This document shows, piece after piece, positions 19,601-28,689 of a stretch of 64,000 nucleotides of DNA. The DNA is from Fidelibacterota bacterium. GTDB taxonomy: Bacteria > Fidelibacterota > JAANXI01. A model generated the notes under the pieces. The model ran no database searches and had not been told where the DNA came from. It was given only the letters and a program-made list of their open reading frames with translations. The position numbers and the translations under genes were made by a program. Location of the stretch: positions 2,112-66,111 of the forward strand of contig JAIPJS010000005.1 of assembly GCA_021734025.1 (NCBI GenBank), given 5' to 3'. The number at the start of each line of letters is the position of its first letter. Position 1 is the stretch's first letter.

Positions 19601-20119
19601 TTACGCCGTTTTGCCAATATATTGGACGGCCAGCTGTATGCCGCGGTCTCCATTCCAGAGCTGTATTACGATTTCTGTCTCTTCGGTTTGCCAAGACGTT
19701 TGTAACTGTACCTCGCCGTTTTCCAGCCCCTCAGCCGGTTTGTCCTGATATTGCTCTGCCTGGACAAGTGTGGTGTCAACCTCGGGGGAACCGTAGTCTT
19801 CCCTCATGGTGGACTCCAATGATTCGAAATACTCGACAAACTGCGAGCCACTTTCAAATCCGGCATTGAGGATATATTGACCCTGGTTCAGCGTATTATT
19901 TTGGCCTTCGAACTGATAGACCACGTACACCTGTTCGCCTGCCAAATCGTCGGAATAGTACAGAACGTTGGCCTTTTCCTGGAGGAGCTGGTTATCTTCT
20001 GCTGATTTTACCTCAGATTTGGTCATGCCCCAGGATGTACTCCGGAAATCCGTGTCCTGTGCTATCAATGGCGAAACACCAATTAATAACATTAATACAA
20101 GTGCGGCAAATTTACGCAT
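19601..20119 (-). CDS. hypothetical secreted protein
   Basis: Signal peptide MRKFAALVLMLLIGVSPLIAQ. 172 aa. Confidence 0.5.
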   Translation of the reverse strand: MRKFAALVLMLLIGVSPLIAQDTDFRSTSWGMTKSEVKSAEDNQLLQEKANVLYYSDDLAGEQVYVVYQFEGQNNTLNQGQYILNAGFESGSQFVEYFESLESTMREDYGSPEVDTTLVQAEQYQDKPAEGLENGEVQLQTSWQTEETEIVIQLWNGDRGIQLAVQYIGKTA

Positions 20120-20416
20120 CTCGCGCCTCCTTTGGCTTTAATGAATCTCCTGTGTAAAAGGCTCAAATCTTTGCACAAAAAAAGAAAATATGTGTACGGA
20201 TTACCGCGGAATCACCTCCCTGAAATTCTTTCTGCTTACTAGCTACGAATTATGGGCGGTAATCGCAAGGAATGCCCATTGGAACCGCGCCTGGGCGACG
20301 ATTTCAGTTGTTTCACCCTGCGCGCTAGTCTATATTATTTTTGCTTCTTTCAGGTTATTCTCAGAACTATTACGTTCACATTGCTGTTTGTCAATCGAAC
20401 TCCGAAGCGGATTGAT

Positions 20417-21184
20417 ATGATGCGGGTTTTACGAACGTTTATTGTACTCTTTATAACAACCGGAGCCGTCTTATCCCAGGAAACCATTCCCCTCCCTGCC
20501 GGGATTACCGCCGGCCTGGGAATCGGAAACTTTGGTGTGACAGACCAGTACATCTCTGCAGCGAAATATGCCGGCCTGACCAACAATTTCTATACAAGAT
20601 GGGATAAAGATCATCAGAATTCCCACACGCGGATCGCATTCGGTTACCAGTACGGTGAAAAGATCGCCAATCACAATGTTTCGGCGCAGGTACGCCAGTT
20701 CTCGCTCCGCCGTGCAAATCTGTATCCGGTTGCCACAGAATCGTTATTTTCCAGAGATGTTGCTTTCTATTTAGGACCGTCGACGGAGTCATTTATCCAT
20801 CTCAGACGCCAGCAGATTGCCAGCGGCGGCGCTGCATTCCGGACGTCCTACTCGTTTGCCGCCTTGTTTTCTCTGGGAATAAACGGAGAGTTGGTAACTC
20901 CACTTTCCGAGAAAACCGGTCTCCGGCTGGGCAGTAATCTGAGCTTGCTCTCTGCGGGACTCCGTATCATAGATTTGACGGGCGAATCCAACGATTCACC
21001 GCTCAAACTCCTGATTCCGTTCACCGGGATGACATTCTCCGCAAATGTGTCCATTGATTACCGGCTCCATCGCCGGGTCGCTCTATCCACCGGTTATGAC
21101 CTGTTTGTCAGCCGGATTACCGCCTGGGAAAATTTTCTGGTTGCGAGCGACAATCTTTTCATCTCGCTGAGGTTTTTTCTGTGA
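20417..21184 (+). CDS. hypothetical outer-membrane beta-barrel-like protein
   Basis: The start is moved to MMRVLRTFIVLFITTGAVLSQ (signal peptide). It shows alternating amphipathic strands and a C-terminal ...ISLRFFL (terminal aromatic). Confidence 0.5.
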   Translation: MMRVLRTFIVLFITTGAVLSQETIPLPAGITAGLGIGNFGVTDQYISAAKYAGLTNNFYTRWDKDHQNSHTRIAFGYQYGEKIANHNVSAQVRQFSLRRANLYPVATESLFSRDVAFYLGPSTESFIHLRRQQIASGGAAFRTSYSFAALFSLGINGELVTPLSEKTGLRLGSNLSLLSAGLRIIDLTGESNDSPLKLLIPFTGMTFSANVSIDYRLHRRVALSTGYDLFVSRITAWENFLVASDNLFISLRFFL

Positions 21185-22194
21185 AGAAACGGCTTTATAT
21201 CATCAGTTTTTTCAGTATTACTCTGGTGACGCTGAGTTGCCAAAATCTTCTGGTGGAGCCTGCTTCTCAAAACGATAACATGGAAGACTTCATTACGGTC
21301 TGGCACACTGTGAATACGGTCTATCCGCTGTTGGAATTTAAAAACATCGACTGGGACAGTATTTACACCGCGTATCTTCCGCGTGCCGAGGCGGCCCGGG
21401 GTGACGAAATGTATCCCCTGTTAACCGACCTGCTCGGCGAACTGCACGATGGCCACGCCTCGTTGATCACTAACGGCGGATGGCCCATCTCAACGTGGGA
21501 ATCCCCTAGGTTGCAACGCGATCGTCACGCCTTCAGTCCGCTGGTTGTCCGGAACTATTTTTCACATCCCCTGGAAATCGCCGGCCAGGGTAATCTGGAG
21601 TACGAATACATGACGCCGGACATCGGGTACATTTATATTTCCACATTTACCGAGGGAGACTGGAAACGTGCATTTGACCAAATACTGCGATATTTCGGTG
21701 ACTCGAAAGGACTAATATTAGATGTGCGAAATAACAGCGGAGGCCACGGATCCACATTCTACTATTTACTGGCAAAGTTTCTGACATCCCCGGTAACTGT
21801 GACCGATTTTTCCAGAACCCTCACCAGAAAGACGACCATATCTCCAAGCACCGAAAATCAATACACCAAACCTGTGGTTATACTGTTGAACGGAACAAGC
21901 GCCAGCGCTGCCGAGATTTTTCCGGCGCTCATGCATGATGAGCAGGCGGTGACGCTAATCGGTGATACCACAGCTGGGTTGGGGGGGAATATCTACGAAT
22001 TTGACCTGCCGTCCGGTAAAAGAGCACGGATTATCAACCGCTATTTTACCAGTTATGATGGCACTGTCATCGAATGGAATGGCGTCGTACCGGATATTCG
22101 CGTTGAGCAAACGCCTGCGGACTTACAGCAGGGCGCGGATTATCAACTTGAATTTGCCAGAGATTATTTGAGTGGGTTACCGAGCGGAAGATAA
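21181..22194 (+). CDS. S41-family peptidase (C-terminal processing peptidase-like) lipoprotein
   Basis: Lipobox LVTLSC. The catalytic region is VILLNGTSASAAEIFPALM...GDTTAGLGGN. Confidence 0.7.
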   Translation: MKKRLYIISFFSITLVTLSCQNLLVEPASQNDNMEDFITVWHTVNTVYPLLEFKNIDWDSIYTAYLPRAEAARGDEMYPLLTDLLGELHDGHASLITNGGWPISTWESPRLQRDRHAFSPLVVRNYFSHPLEIAGQGNLEYEYMTPDIGYIYISTFTEGDWKRAFDQILRYFGDSKGLILDVRNNSGGHGSTFYYLLAKFLTSPVTVTDFSRTLTRKTTISPSTENQYTKPVVILLNGTSASAAEIFPALMHDEQAVTLIGDTTAGLGGNIYEFDLPSGKRARIINRYFTSYDGTVIEWNGVVPDIRVEQTPADLQQGADYQLEFARDYLSGLPSGR

Positions 22195-22276
22195 AACGCC
22201 TGATATGGTCCTTTGCGGGTCAAGTGGTGAACCGATACATTTTGATATTTCCGGATCTTGATTCATATTTACTTAA

Positions 22277-22774
22277 GTGTGTTATATTATTGAAAAAGAT
22301 AAAAGGAGCGCGTTGGTGATACGAGTCCAATATGAGACGATAATTGACCGCTCCCTCACCGATGTGTTTGATCGCCTAATCGACATAAACGGTTACCCGG
22401 ACTGGCTGCCGAAATCCAAAGTGTTTTTGCATTGTCGCAAGACATCGGAAGGGCCGATCGGAAAAGGAACCACATTTATCGATGAAACCAGAGTGGGAAC
22501 CTATACAGGTGAAGTTCTGGAATTTGAGCGTCCCACCAAAATCACCTTTCGGAATGAACTGCGCTGGTTCGGTCTCAGGGTGATGGAAACCTATCCTGCC
22601 TACGAACTGGAGTCAGTGGAAGACGGAACCAGAGTACGTCACCATGCCGAAGGAAAAATGTTCGGCCTCTTCAAACTCATGCAGCCATACGTGGCCATGC
22701 GCGCGAAAGAAGAGCGGATACGGACGGTGGAAATGCTGAAAAAATCGTTAGAAGCGGAAGCCGCCTCGCAATGA
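22277..22774 (+). CDS. SRPBCC-family (polyketide cyclase/dehydrase-like) protein
   Basis: 165 aa. The pattern resembles the START/Bet v1-like fold. Low specificity. Confidence 0.45.
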   Translation: MCYIIEKDKRSALVIRVQYETIIDRSLTDVFDRLIDINGYPDWLPKSKVFLHCRKTSEGPIGKGTTFIDETRVGTYTGEVLEFERPTKITFRNELRWFGLRVMETYPAYELESVEDGTRVRHHAEGKMFGLFKLMQPYVAMRAKEERIRTVEMLKKSLEAEAASQ

Positions 22775-22792
22775 GATTGCGAGGCTTTTTTG
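22763..22792 (+). terminator. intrinsic terminator after SRPBCC gene
   Basis: gcctcgcaatgagattgcgaggc followed by TTTTTT. Confidence 0.6.
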
Positions 22793-23004
22793 GATTTGAT
22801 TTACGCAATCGATTAGCCTTGAAATCTAATTTCAAGGCATGCTCATCCCCACATTCCGGTACTCTTCAAATGGGGCTAATTCGGATTAATGTCGATCCTC
22901 AAATAAATTGAGGGTTAATACGCAGTAAGCAATATTTACCAAATAGAGTAAGATTATGATTAAGATTCAGAAACGCCAAAAACACCTGGTTTCCCACAGT
23001 ATCC

Positions 23005-23667
23005 CTATCGTTTTAACGCCAGCGTCAACCCGTCGCTCAGCGGGAGCATGCTGAGATCGATGCGGTCGTCCTGGTGCAGTTTCTCGTTTAATGCGCGCAT
23101 GGCGACGGTGTTTTCGTCGTCGGAGTTTTCGTTGAGGACTCGCCCCCGACGTAGCACGTTGTCGAATATAATCAGTCCGCCGGGTCGCAGCAGCTGCAGG
23201 CACTGCTCATAATACGTATCGTATCCGGTCTTGTCTGCGTCGATGAAGGCGAAGTCATAGCGGCCTTCTTCACCGGATTCTATCAGCTTTTGCAAAGTCT
23301 CGTCTGCCGGCGCGATACGAAGGTCGATCTTCTCTGCGACGCCAGCTTTTTGCCAATACTCCTGTGCCATCCTTGTCCACTCTTCACTCACATCACAGGC
23401 GACGACCGTGCCGTCCTCCGGCAGCGCCATGGCTGTCCAGAGTGCGGAGTATCCGGTAAACGTGCCAATTTCCAGCGTGCGTTTTGCGCCCATTAATTTT
23501 ACCAGCAAATACATAAACTGGCCCTGCTCCGGGGAGATCTGCATCCGGGCCATTTCCATTGTGCCGGTTTCTTCGCGGAGATCTCTGAATACCTCCGGTT
23601 CGCGGAGGGTGACGGATAACAGATAATCGTGTAAATCTGGCGTAAGATTTATAGTTGAGCGGGACAT
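23005..23667 (-). CDS. class I SAM-dependent O-methyltransferase (caffeoyl-CoA OMT family)
   Basis: LEIGTFTGYSALWTAMAL (motif I), FAFIDADKTGY, and LLRPGGLIIFDNVL. Confidence 0.75.
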   Translation of the reverse strand: MSRSTINLTPDLHDYLLSVTLREPEVFRDLREETGTMEMARMQISPEQGQFMYLLVKLMGAKRTLEIGTFTGYSALWTAMALPEDGTVVACDVSEEWTRMAQEYWQKAGVAEKIDLRIAPADETLQKLIESGEEGRYDFAFIDADKTGYDTYYEQCLQLLRPGGLIIFDNVLRRGRVLNENSDDENTVAMRALNEKLHQDDRIDLSMLPLSDGLTLALKR

Positions 23668-23734
23668 TGGGGCTCCTTTTCATTCAAATAATTCAAGACA
23701 GCAATAAGTTTCTTGAACTTCGGCATTTTGAGGA

Positions 23735-24262
23735 ATTTTATCTACCGGCATTCTTTCTTCTTTTGCCTTGATACAAAAGTGGAGAAAAAATCAAGGCTGC
23801 CAAATTAATTTCGGTATCGGCAGCAACGCCCTCCTTACCAGAACCAGAAACTCGTCCGGCAACTGCCGGACTCAAACAGCTGGTTCTGGCTTCACGTCGG
23901 ACGTTGGCCGACAGAGCGAAATTAATTTGAAGGCCGAAACTCAAAAGCAAAGAGATTCGTTTTTCGGTCTCGCCATTCCTTAAGTACGAACGACTGGTGC
24001 GATGAGGACAGGATAATTCGGCTGTCTGACGGAGTGGAGCGACGGAGTTCCGAATTATCCCCGAATCGCAGCGTAGTTGTTCTAGAAAGGAATGGCATAA
24101 CCGGATTTTTGCAGCACTTTTTCTAAAAAAGTGCGGAAGAAAAAGAAAGTTTATCTTTCGACATAGGTTAGTATTTATCAAAAACATTTACCTATTGTAC
24201 CAGTCACATCAATTTGTTTGTATTCCCCTTTTGCCTTGATATAAAAGTGGAGGTCGGAGTAA
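23735..24262. repeat. modular structured repeat, locus A (about 1.5 units, forward orientation)
   Basis: Contains the modules hairpin(CTTGAT loop)-AAAAAATCAAGGCTGCCA, cggtatcggca, the ccagaaccagaa...cagctggttctgg hairpin, gaaattaatttgaaggcc, ttttcggtctcgcca, and gatgaggacaggataat. A second unit then starts with the ggatttttgcagcactttttctaaaaaagtgcgga hairpin and ends in a second CTTGAT hairpin at 24225-24253. Confidence 0.7.
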
Positions 24263-24376
24263 TACCAAACATTTTATGAGGAAAAAAGAACCACGATGGT
24301 CGACCAATTCCGAAATGATTTATTGTGATAAACTTTTCTCCTTTGACAATCTCAGTCGCTGCGGTAGGTTTGCACT

Positions 24377-26104
24377 ATGCCTCTTCCAAATCTCACACTC
24401 ACGAATTTTACCGGGGAAGTATCGTCAACTATCGTTGATAGAGGGCAGGACTATTTTTATCGCGATCTGGTAACTTCGCTTGAGGAATCGCTGGATGGTC
24501 AGTGGGTGGCGCAGGTCAGGGGTACCGCAACATATACCGTCGAAATATCACTTTCCAATGATGTGGTGGCGTCCTGGGCGTGCACCTGTCCTTATGATTA
24601 TGGACCAGTGTGCAAGCACGTGGTTGCAGTATTGATGGAGTTGAAGGAGGGGAAATCTGCGAAAGCCGATCCGGAGCAGAAAAAGCGGTCTACCAGAAAA
24701 TCACCGGAAAGGCGGTTTGATTCACTGGTCGACGACCTGCCGGTGGACGCGCTCCGGAAATTCCTCCGCGATTACGCGCAGTTTCATCCGGAGATGGAAC
24801 GGGAATTCCTGGCAAAATTTACCACTGCGGACGTCCCCGACGCCTGGCGGGATTACGTCGCCGTGATCCGGGAATCGGCGCGGGCAGGCTCCGACCGCCA
24901 TGGATTTATTAAATATTCGAACAGCTTCCGGGTTATGCAGCCGATCCATACGATGATTCAGCAGGCATACGAAAAATTGGAGTCCGCGGAATATCACGCC
25001 GCCTGGCACATCGCCCGCGCCGTAGTGCAGGAAGTGCCGAAACTCATCCAGCGGATGGATGATTCCAGTGGTGACGGCGGTTTTGTGACGAACAACGCCC
25101 TGGAGATCCTCCGGGAAGCCGGCACTGCCACCGAAGATGATGACTTACAGTCGGAGATTTTTCAGTTTTTGCTGAAAGAGTATCCAAAACAGCAGTATTC
25201 CGATTTTGGATTTGATGAGACTATCCTGTCTGTCCTGACAGCACTGATCAGGAATCCCCGGCAGGCTAAGCAGGTGGAGCGGCTCATCAAAGCACAGCTG
25301 GAAGCGGCGGAAAATGCGGAAGATGACTTTGGCTTCGATTACCGGTTTCAGCGAGCGCTGAAACATCAGATCGAATTCCTGGAGCAGACCGGCCGGGAGG
25401 ACGAAGCCGCCGATATTATCGATGCGCATCTGGACATCGAGGAGTTCCGGGAGCGGCGGATTCAGGAAGCATTTGATCAAGAGGATTTCGACACGGCAAA
25501 ATCACTGGTACGGGATGGGATTAAACTTATACGGGAGCAAAAGTATCCGCCTGGATACGAATATCGCTGGGAACAGTGGCTGTTCCGGATTGCCAAAGCG
25601 GAAGAGGACACGGAGAACATTCGTCAATATGCACGGTTCTTTTTCCTCCATCGACGGCAGGATATCTCCTGGTATAAGGAGCTCAGATCGACCTATACCG
25701 ATCAGGAATGGCGCCCAATTCTGGCGGATCTGATTGAGGAGATCCGTTCGAAATCATACTTCCCGGCCCGGGCGCTGGCGGAGGTCTATGCGTATGAACA
25801 TCACTGGGATGATTTGCTGCAATTGTTATCGGAGAACCCGGACCTTTCTCTGCTGAAGGAGTACGGCACTTATCTCAGGGAAGATTTTCCCGAAGACCTC
25901 CTCGCAATATACGGGGAGACCCTGCGCGCCTTTGCGGCGGAGTATACGGGGCGCAAGTATTACCGGGAGATTGTCAGGACGCTGAACAACATCCGGGACA
26001 TCTCCGGTGGCGCCGATTTCGTGCGGAACCTGGTGGCGGAATTCCGGGAAACCTATAATCGCCGCCCGGCGATGCAGGAGGAATTGGATAAGGTAAAGGC
26101 ATAG
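24377..26104 (+). CDS. SWIM zinc-finger domain protein
   Basis: WACTCPYDYGPVCKHVVAVL is the CxC...CxH SWIM signature. The remaining 500 aa is helical-repeat-like. Confidence 0.65.
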   Translation: MPLPNLTLTNFTGEVSSTIVDRGQDYFYRDLVTSLEESLDGQWVAQVRGTATYTVEISLSNDVVASWACTCPYDYGPVCKHVVAVLMELKEGKSAKADPEQKKRSTRKSPERRFDSLVDDLPVDALRKFLRDYAQFHPEMEREFLAKFTTADVPDAWRDYVAVIRESARAGSDRHGFIKYSNSFRVMQPIHTMIQQAYEKLESAEYHAAWHIARAVVQEVPKLIQRMDDSSGDGGFVTNNALEILREAGTATEDDDLQSEIFQFLLKEYPKQQYSDFGFDETILSVLTALIRNPRQAKQVERLIKAQLEAAENAEDDFGFDYRFQRALKHQIEFLEQTGREDEAADIIDAHLDIEEFRERRIQEAFDQEDFDTAKSLVRDGIKLIREQKYPPGYEYRWEQWLFRIAKAEEDTENIRQYARFFFLHRRQDISWYKELRSTYTDQEWRPILADLIEEIRSKSYFPARALAEVYAYEHHWDDLLQLLSENPDLSLLKEYGTYLREDFPEDLLAIYGETLRAFAAEYTGRKYYREIVRTLNNIRDISGGADFVRNLVAEFRETYNRRPAMQEELDKVKA

Positions 26105-26354
26105 TGAGCCGGCCTACGTCATTGTGACCCTGCCAGGGTCTTTCGTCATCAATTCCTTTGCTCACCACAGCATTGCCCAAATTAAACCCAAGAATACAAG
26201 CAAATTGCCAAAGCAAGTTTTTTACGGCATCTGAAATCGTATTGTAGAACTTCTGCCGCGATGTCGGCAGGGAGAATCAGCTGTTTGACCGAGTGAAACG
26301 AGGGAGTTCTGATTCTCCCAGACGAGCGGTGTAGCAGTTCTTAATAGGATTTCA

Positions 26355-26786
26355 GCAGCCGGATTTTTGCAGCACTTTTTCTAAAAAAGTGCGGAGAAAA
26401 AGAAATTTATCTTCCGATACAGGTTCGGATTTATAAAAAAGGTTAATCTGTTGTACGGTTATGCAATCACATTAATTTAGTTTTAAGCATCCCCGTTTTG
26501 TCTTGATACAAAACGGGGTAAAAAATCAAGGCTGCCACTACAATTTCGGTATCGGCACCCATTCCCTCCGGGCCAGAACCAGAACTCCCTGCGGTCAGAC
26601 AGCTGGTTCTGGCTGTCCTATGGTCATGGGCCGATAGAGCAAAATTGTAGTGGAGGCCGGAGTAAAAAACAACGGTGGCCAAAATTGAAAACGATGCCAA
26701 AACTAAAAAGTGAAGAGAAGCGTTGGTTTTATCGGTCTCGCCACTCCTTTGGTACGAACTACTGGTGCGATGAGGACAGGATAATA
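26355..26786. repeat. modular structured repeat, locus B (one complete unit, forward orientation)
   Basis: Module order is the gcagcac hairpin, then gttgtac..cacatc, the CTTGAT hairpin at 26491-26518 (perfect 11-bp stem), aaaaaatcaaggctgccac, the ccagaaccagaact..cagctggttctgg hairpin, caaaattgtagtggaggccgg, and gatgaggacaggataat. Confidence 0.7.
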
Positions 26787-27296
26787 TTAATGGCTCCAAT
26801 TCTTTTTAAGATTTTCAAACGCATGCAGCAGTTTTTCATTTCTGCGATAGTATAAATTGTGTTCGAAGACCTGTTCTAACTTTACAATGGCTTCATCTGT
26901 CGTTAGGGTGTTTTCCATTACCATCCGATCAAAAGCCCACAACAACCCATGTGTCTTTATCTTGTGCTTTCTTCCCATTTTACGCAAAACGCCATCGCTG
27001 GTTAGCAGCAATGCACTTTCCTTTTTAGCAAGAAACCAAACTGAGCGGTCGGCAATCGAAAGGGACATGGACAGGTTGAAGGGATCCGTTTCGTCAATAA
27101 AGTTCTCTTCGATTTCAACAATAGTGAGTTTTTCTTTTTCTACCCATGTGGATAAAAATTCACGTTGGTCTTGATCTAACTCCATCCACACCTGATATGA
27201 GGTAATAATATTATGGGGTAATTGGAAAAAGGCATTACAAGCATCGCACAGCAGCAAATCGATAAATATCGAAGCATCTGTGACGGCTAATTTCAT
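26787..27296 (-). CDS. DUF4411-like PIN-fold protein, the usual partner of an ImmA/IrrE metallopeptidase
   Basis: MKLAVTDASIFIDLL... N-terminus. It has a 1-nt gap or overlap with the upstream HTH-ImmA gene. The pairing is recognised from gene context. Confidence 0.5.
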   Translation of the reverse strand: MKLAVTDASIFIDLLLCDACNAFFQLPHNIITSYQVWMELDQDQREFLSTWVEKEKLTIVEIEENFIDETDPFNLSMSLSIADRSVWFLAKKESALLLTSDGVLRKMGRKHKIKTHGLLWAFDRMVMENTLTTDEAIVKLEQVFEHNLYYRRNEKLLHAFENLKKNWSH

Positions 27297-28352
27297 CTAT
27301 CCCAGGAGGAAGTTGTGACGGAATTCGTTTATCGGCTGATTCTTCAGTGCTGCGGCCTTCGAAATAGAGATATACTCCTCTGCCAGCGCCTGGCCGATTA
27401 ACTGATCGAATCGGAGAGCCTGTTCCTCTCCGGTGTATTCTGCCAGATCGGACTCATCCTGTCTCAGGTTATTGCTGTTGATAAATTTGTAAAAATCCCG
27501 GTAAGCCCCTTCACTCATAATCTCCAATTCCTTCAGCCGGGTCGCGATGGCTTGTATCGAGATCCCGTACTGTCGTTTCAGTGAAGCAAGTTCCTGTAAA
27601 GAAACTTTCTTCCGCTTTAAACCGAGTTCTGCTTCAACTGCCCGCTTATCCAGCAGCATCGCACCGGCAAAATGATGGCAAAGACTTTCCTGCTTCCGGT
27701 GATTCATGTGGTTAATATTCAAAAGGAGATGTCCGAGCTCGTGCATCGCATTGAACCGGTAGCGGTCAAGTGAACCTTTTTTCTCTTTATTCAGAACGAT
27801 AACCGGGACAGAGTTGTTAATCCAGGAAGAAAAACCATCGATCGAATCGTCGCCACTCAATTCGATTATTTTGATACCCCGATCTTCCAGCAATTCCAGA
27901 ACATTGTAGAGGGGATCGATGCCGAGATTCCATTGATCCCTCAATTGCTGCGCTGCGTTTTCGACATCCTTTTTATTGGTAATATTTTGTTCTTGTAGTG
28001 GATTTTTTACATGTGGCTGGGTACCGAGAATTTTTTCCAGCTCAAGATAGCGTTCCAGGAAATCACGTGCGGTTTCCACAATTCGGTTCTGTTCTTTTTT
28101 CTGGAGCCTTGACAGTTTTCTAAACGAAATCTCCTCGATTTCTACCGCATGATCCCGATAAAAGTAATCCGGTTTCAAATCCAAAGCATCTGCGATGTTT
28201 TGGATCATCACGTTGCCCGGTACGACCTGCCCTTTTTCATACTTGTGCAGCGCCTGCCTGCTGATTCTATTGTCGAGACGATCAGACAAGTCCTGCAACG
28301 AAAATCCCCGCATAAGACGCGCATGTTTTAAACGCTGTGCAAGTTGTGGCAT
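27297..28352 (-). CDS. XRE-family HTH fused to ImmA/IrrE (COG2856) zinc metallopeptidase domain
   Basis: N-terminal HTH (LKHARLMRGFSLQDLSDRLDNRISRQALHKYEKG). HEXXH motif HELGHLLLN within a DUF955-like region. Confidence 0.75.
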   Translation of the reverse strand: MPQLAQRLKHARLMRGFSLQDLSDRLDNRISRQALHKYEKGQVVPGNVMIQNIADALDLKPDYFYRDHAVEIEEISFRKLSRLQKKEQNRIVETARDFLERYLELEKILGTQPHVKNPLQEQNITNKKDVENAAQQLRDQWNLGIDPLYNVLELLEDRGIKIIELSGDDSIDGFSSWINNSVPVIVLNKEKKGSLDRYRFNAMHELGHLLLNINHMNHRKQESLCHHFAGAMLLDKRAVEAELGLKRKKVSLQELASLKRQYGISIQAIATRLKELEIMSEGAYRDFYKFINSNNLRQDESDLAEYTGEEQALRFDQLIGQALAEEYISISKAAALKNQPINEFRHNFLLG

Positions 28353-28438
28353 TTTTACCTCCCAATCTTGTTGACAAGATAGATTAGTAATAGTAGTTTG
28401 TCAACCAAAGAAAGAACAATGTAAGGAGGTGATTAACC

Positions 28439-28612
28439 ATGGCGACAAATGGCAAGTCCGGCGATAACCGTCGGCATGGTGCCGTTCGCAACCGCTCCCA
28501 GATTAAAAATCCGGTAAACGGCTTGTACATTAAACGCAACAGAAAAACCGGCCGGTTTATGGACGTGAAAACCAGCGGTGGCAGATTTAAAGGCGTCCGC
28601 CGGGAGAAGTGA
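28439..28612 (+). CDS. small highly basic protein (57 aa), divergent from the XRE/ImmA gene
   Basis: Near-consensus RBS AAGGAGGTGA 7 nt upstream of the ATG. MATNGKSGDNRRHGAVRNRSQIKNPVNGLYIKRNRKTGRFMDVKTSGGRFKGVRREK. It is not in the ORF track because it is under 60 aa. Confidence 0.4.
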   Translation: MATNGKSGDNRRHGAVRNRSQIKNPVNGLYIKRNRKTGRFMDVKTSGGRFKGVRREK

Positions 28613-28689
28613 GCGATGCGAGTCAAAAAGACCTTGACAGGTGTCCGGGACCCTGCCAGGGTCTATCGGCATCAATCATTCCAATTTGA

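Noticed and set aside
23738-24187. 149-aa minus-strand ORF (also 26467-26799 and 28616-29047) lying entirely inside the structured repeat units
   Set aside because: The ORFs coincide with repeat modules present in both orientations. The translations are low-complexity with no start context. Paralogous copies do not preserve the reading frame. They are treated as non-coding repeat sequence.
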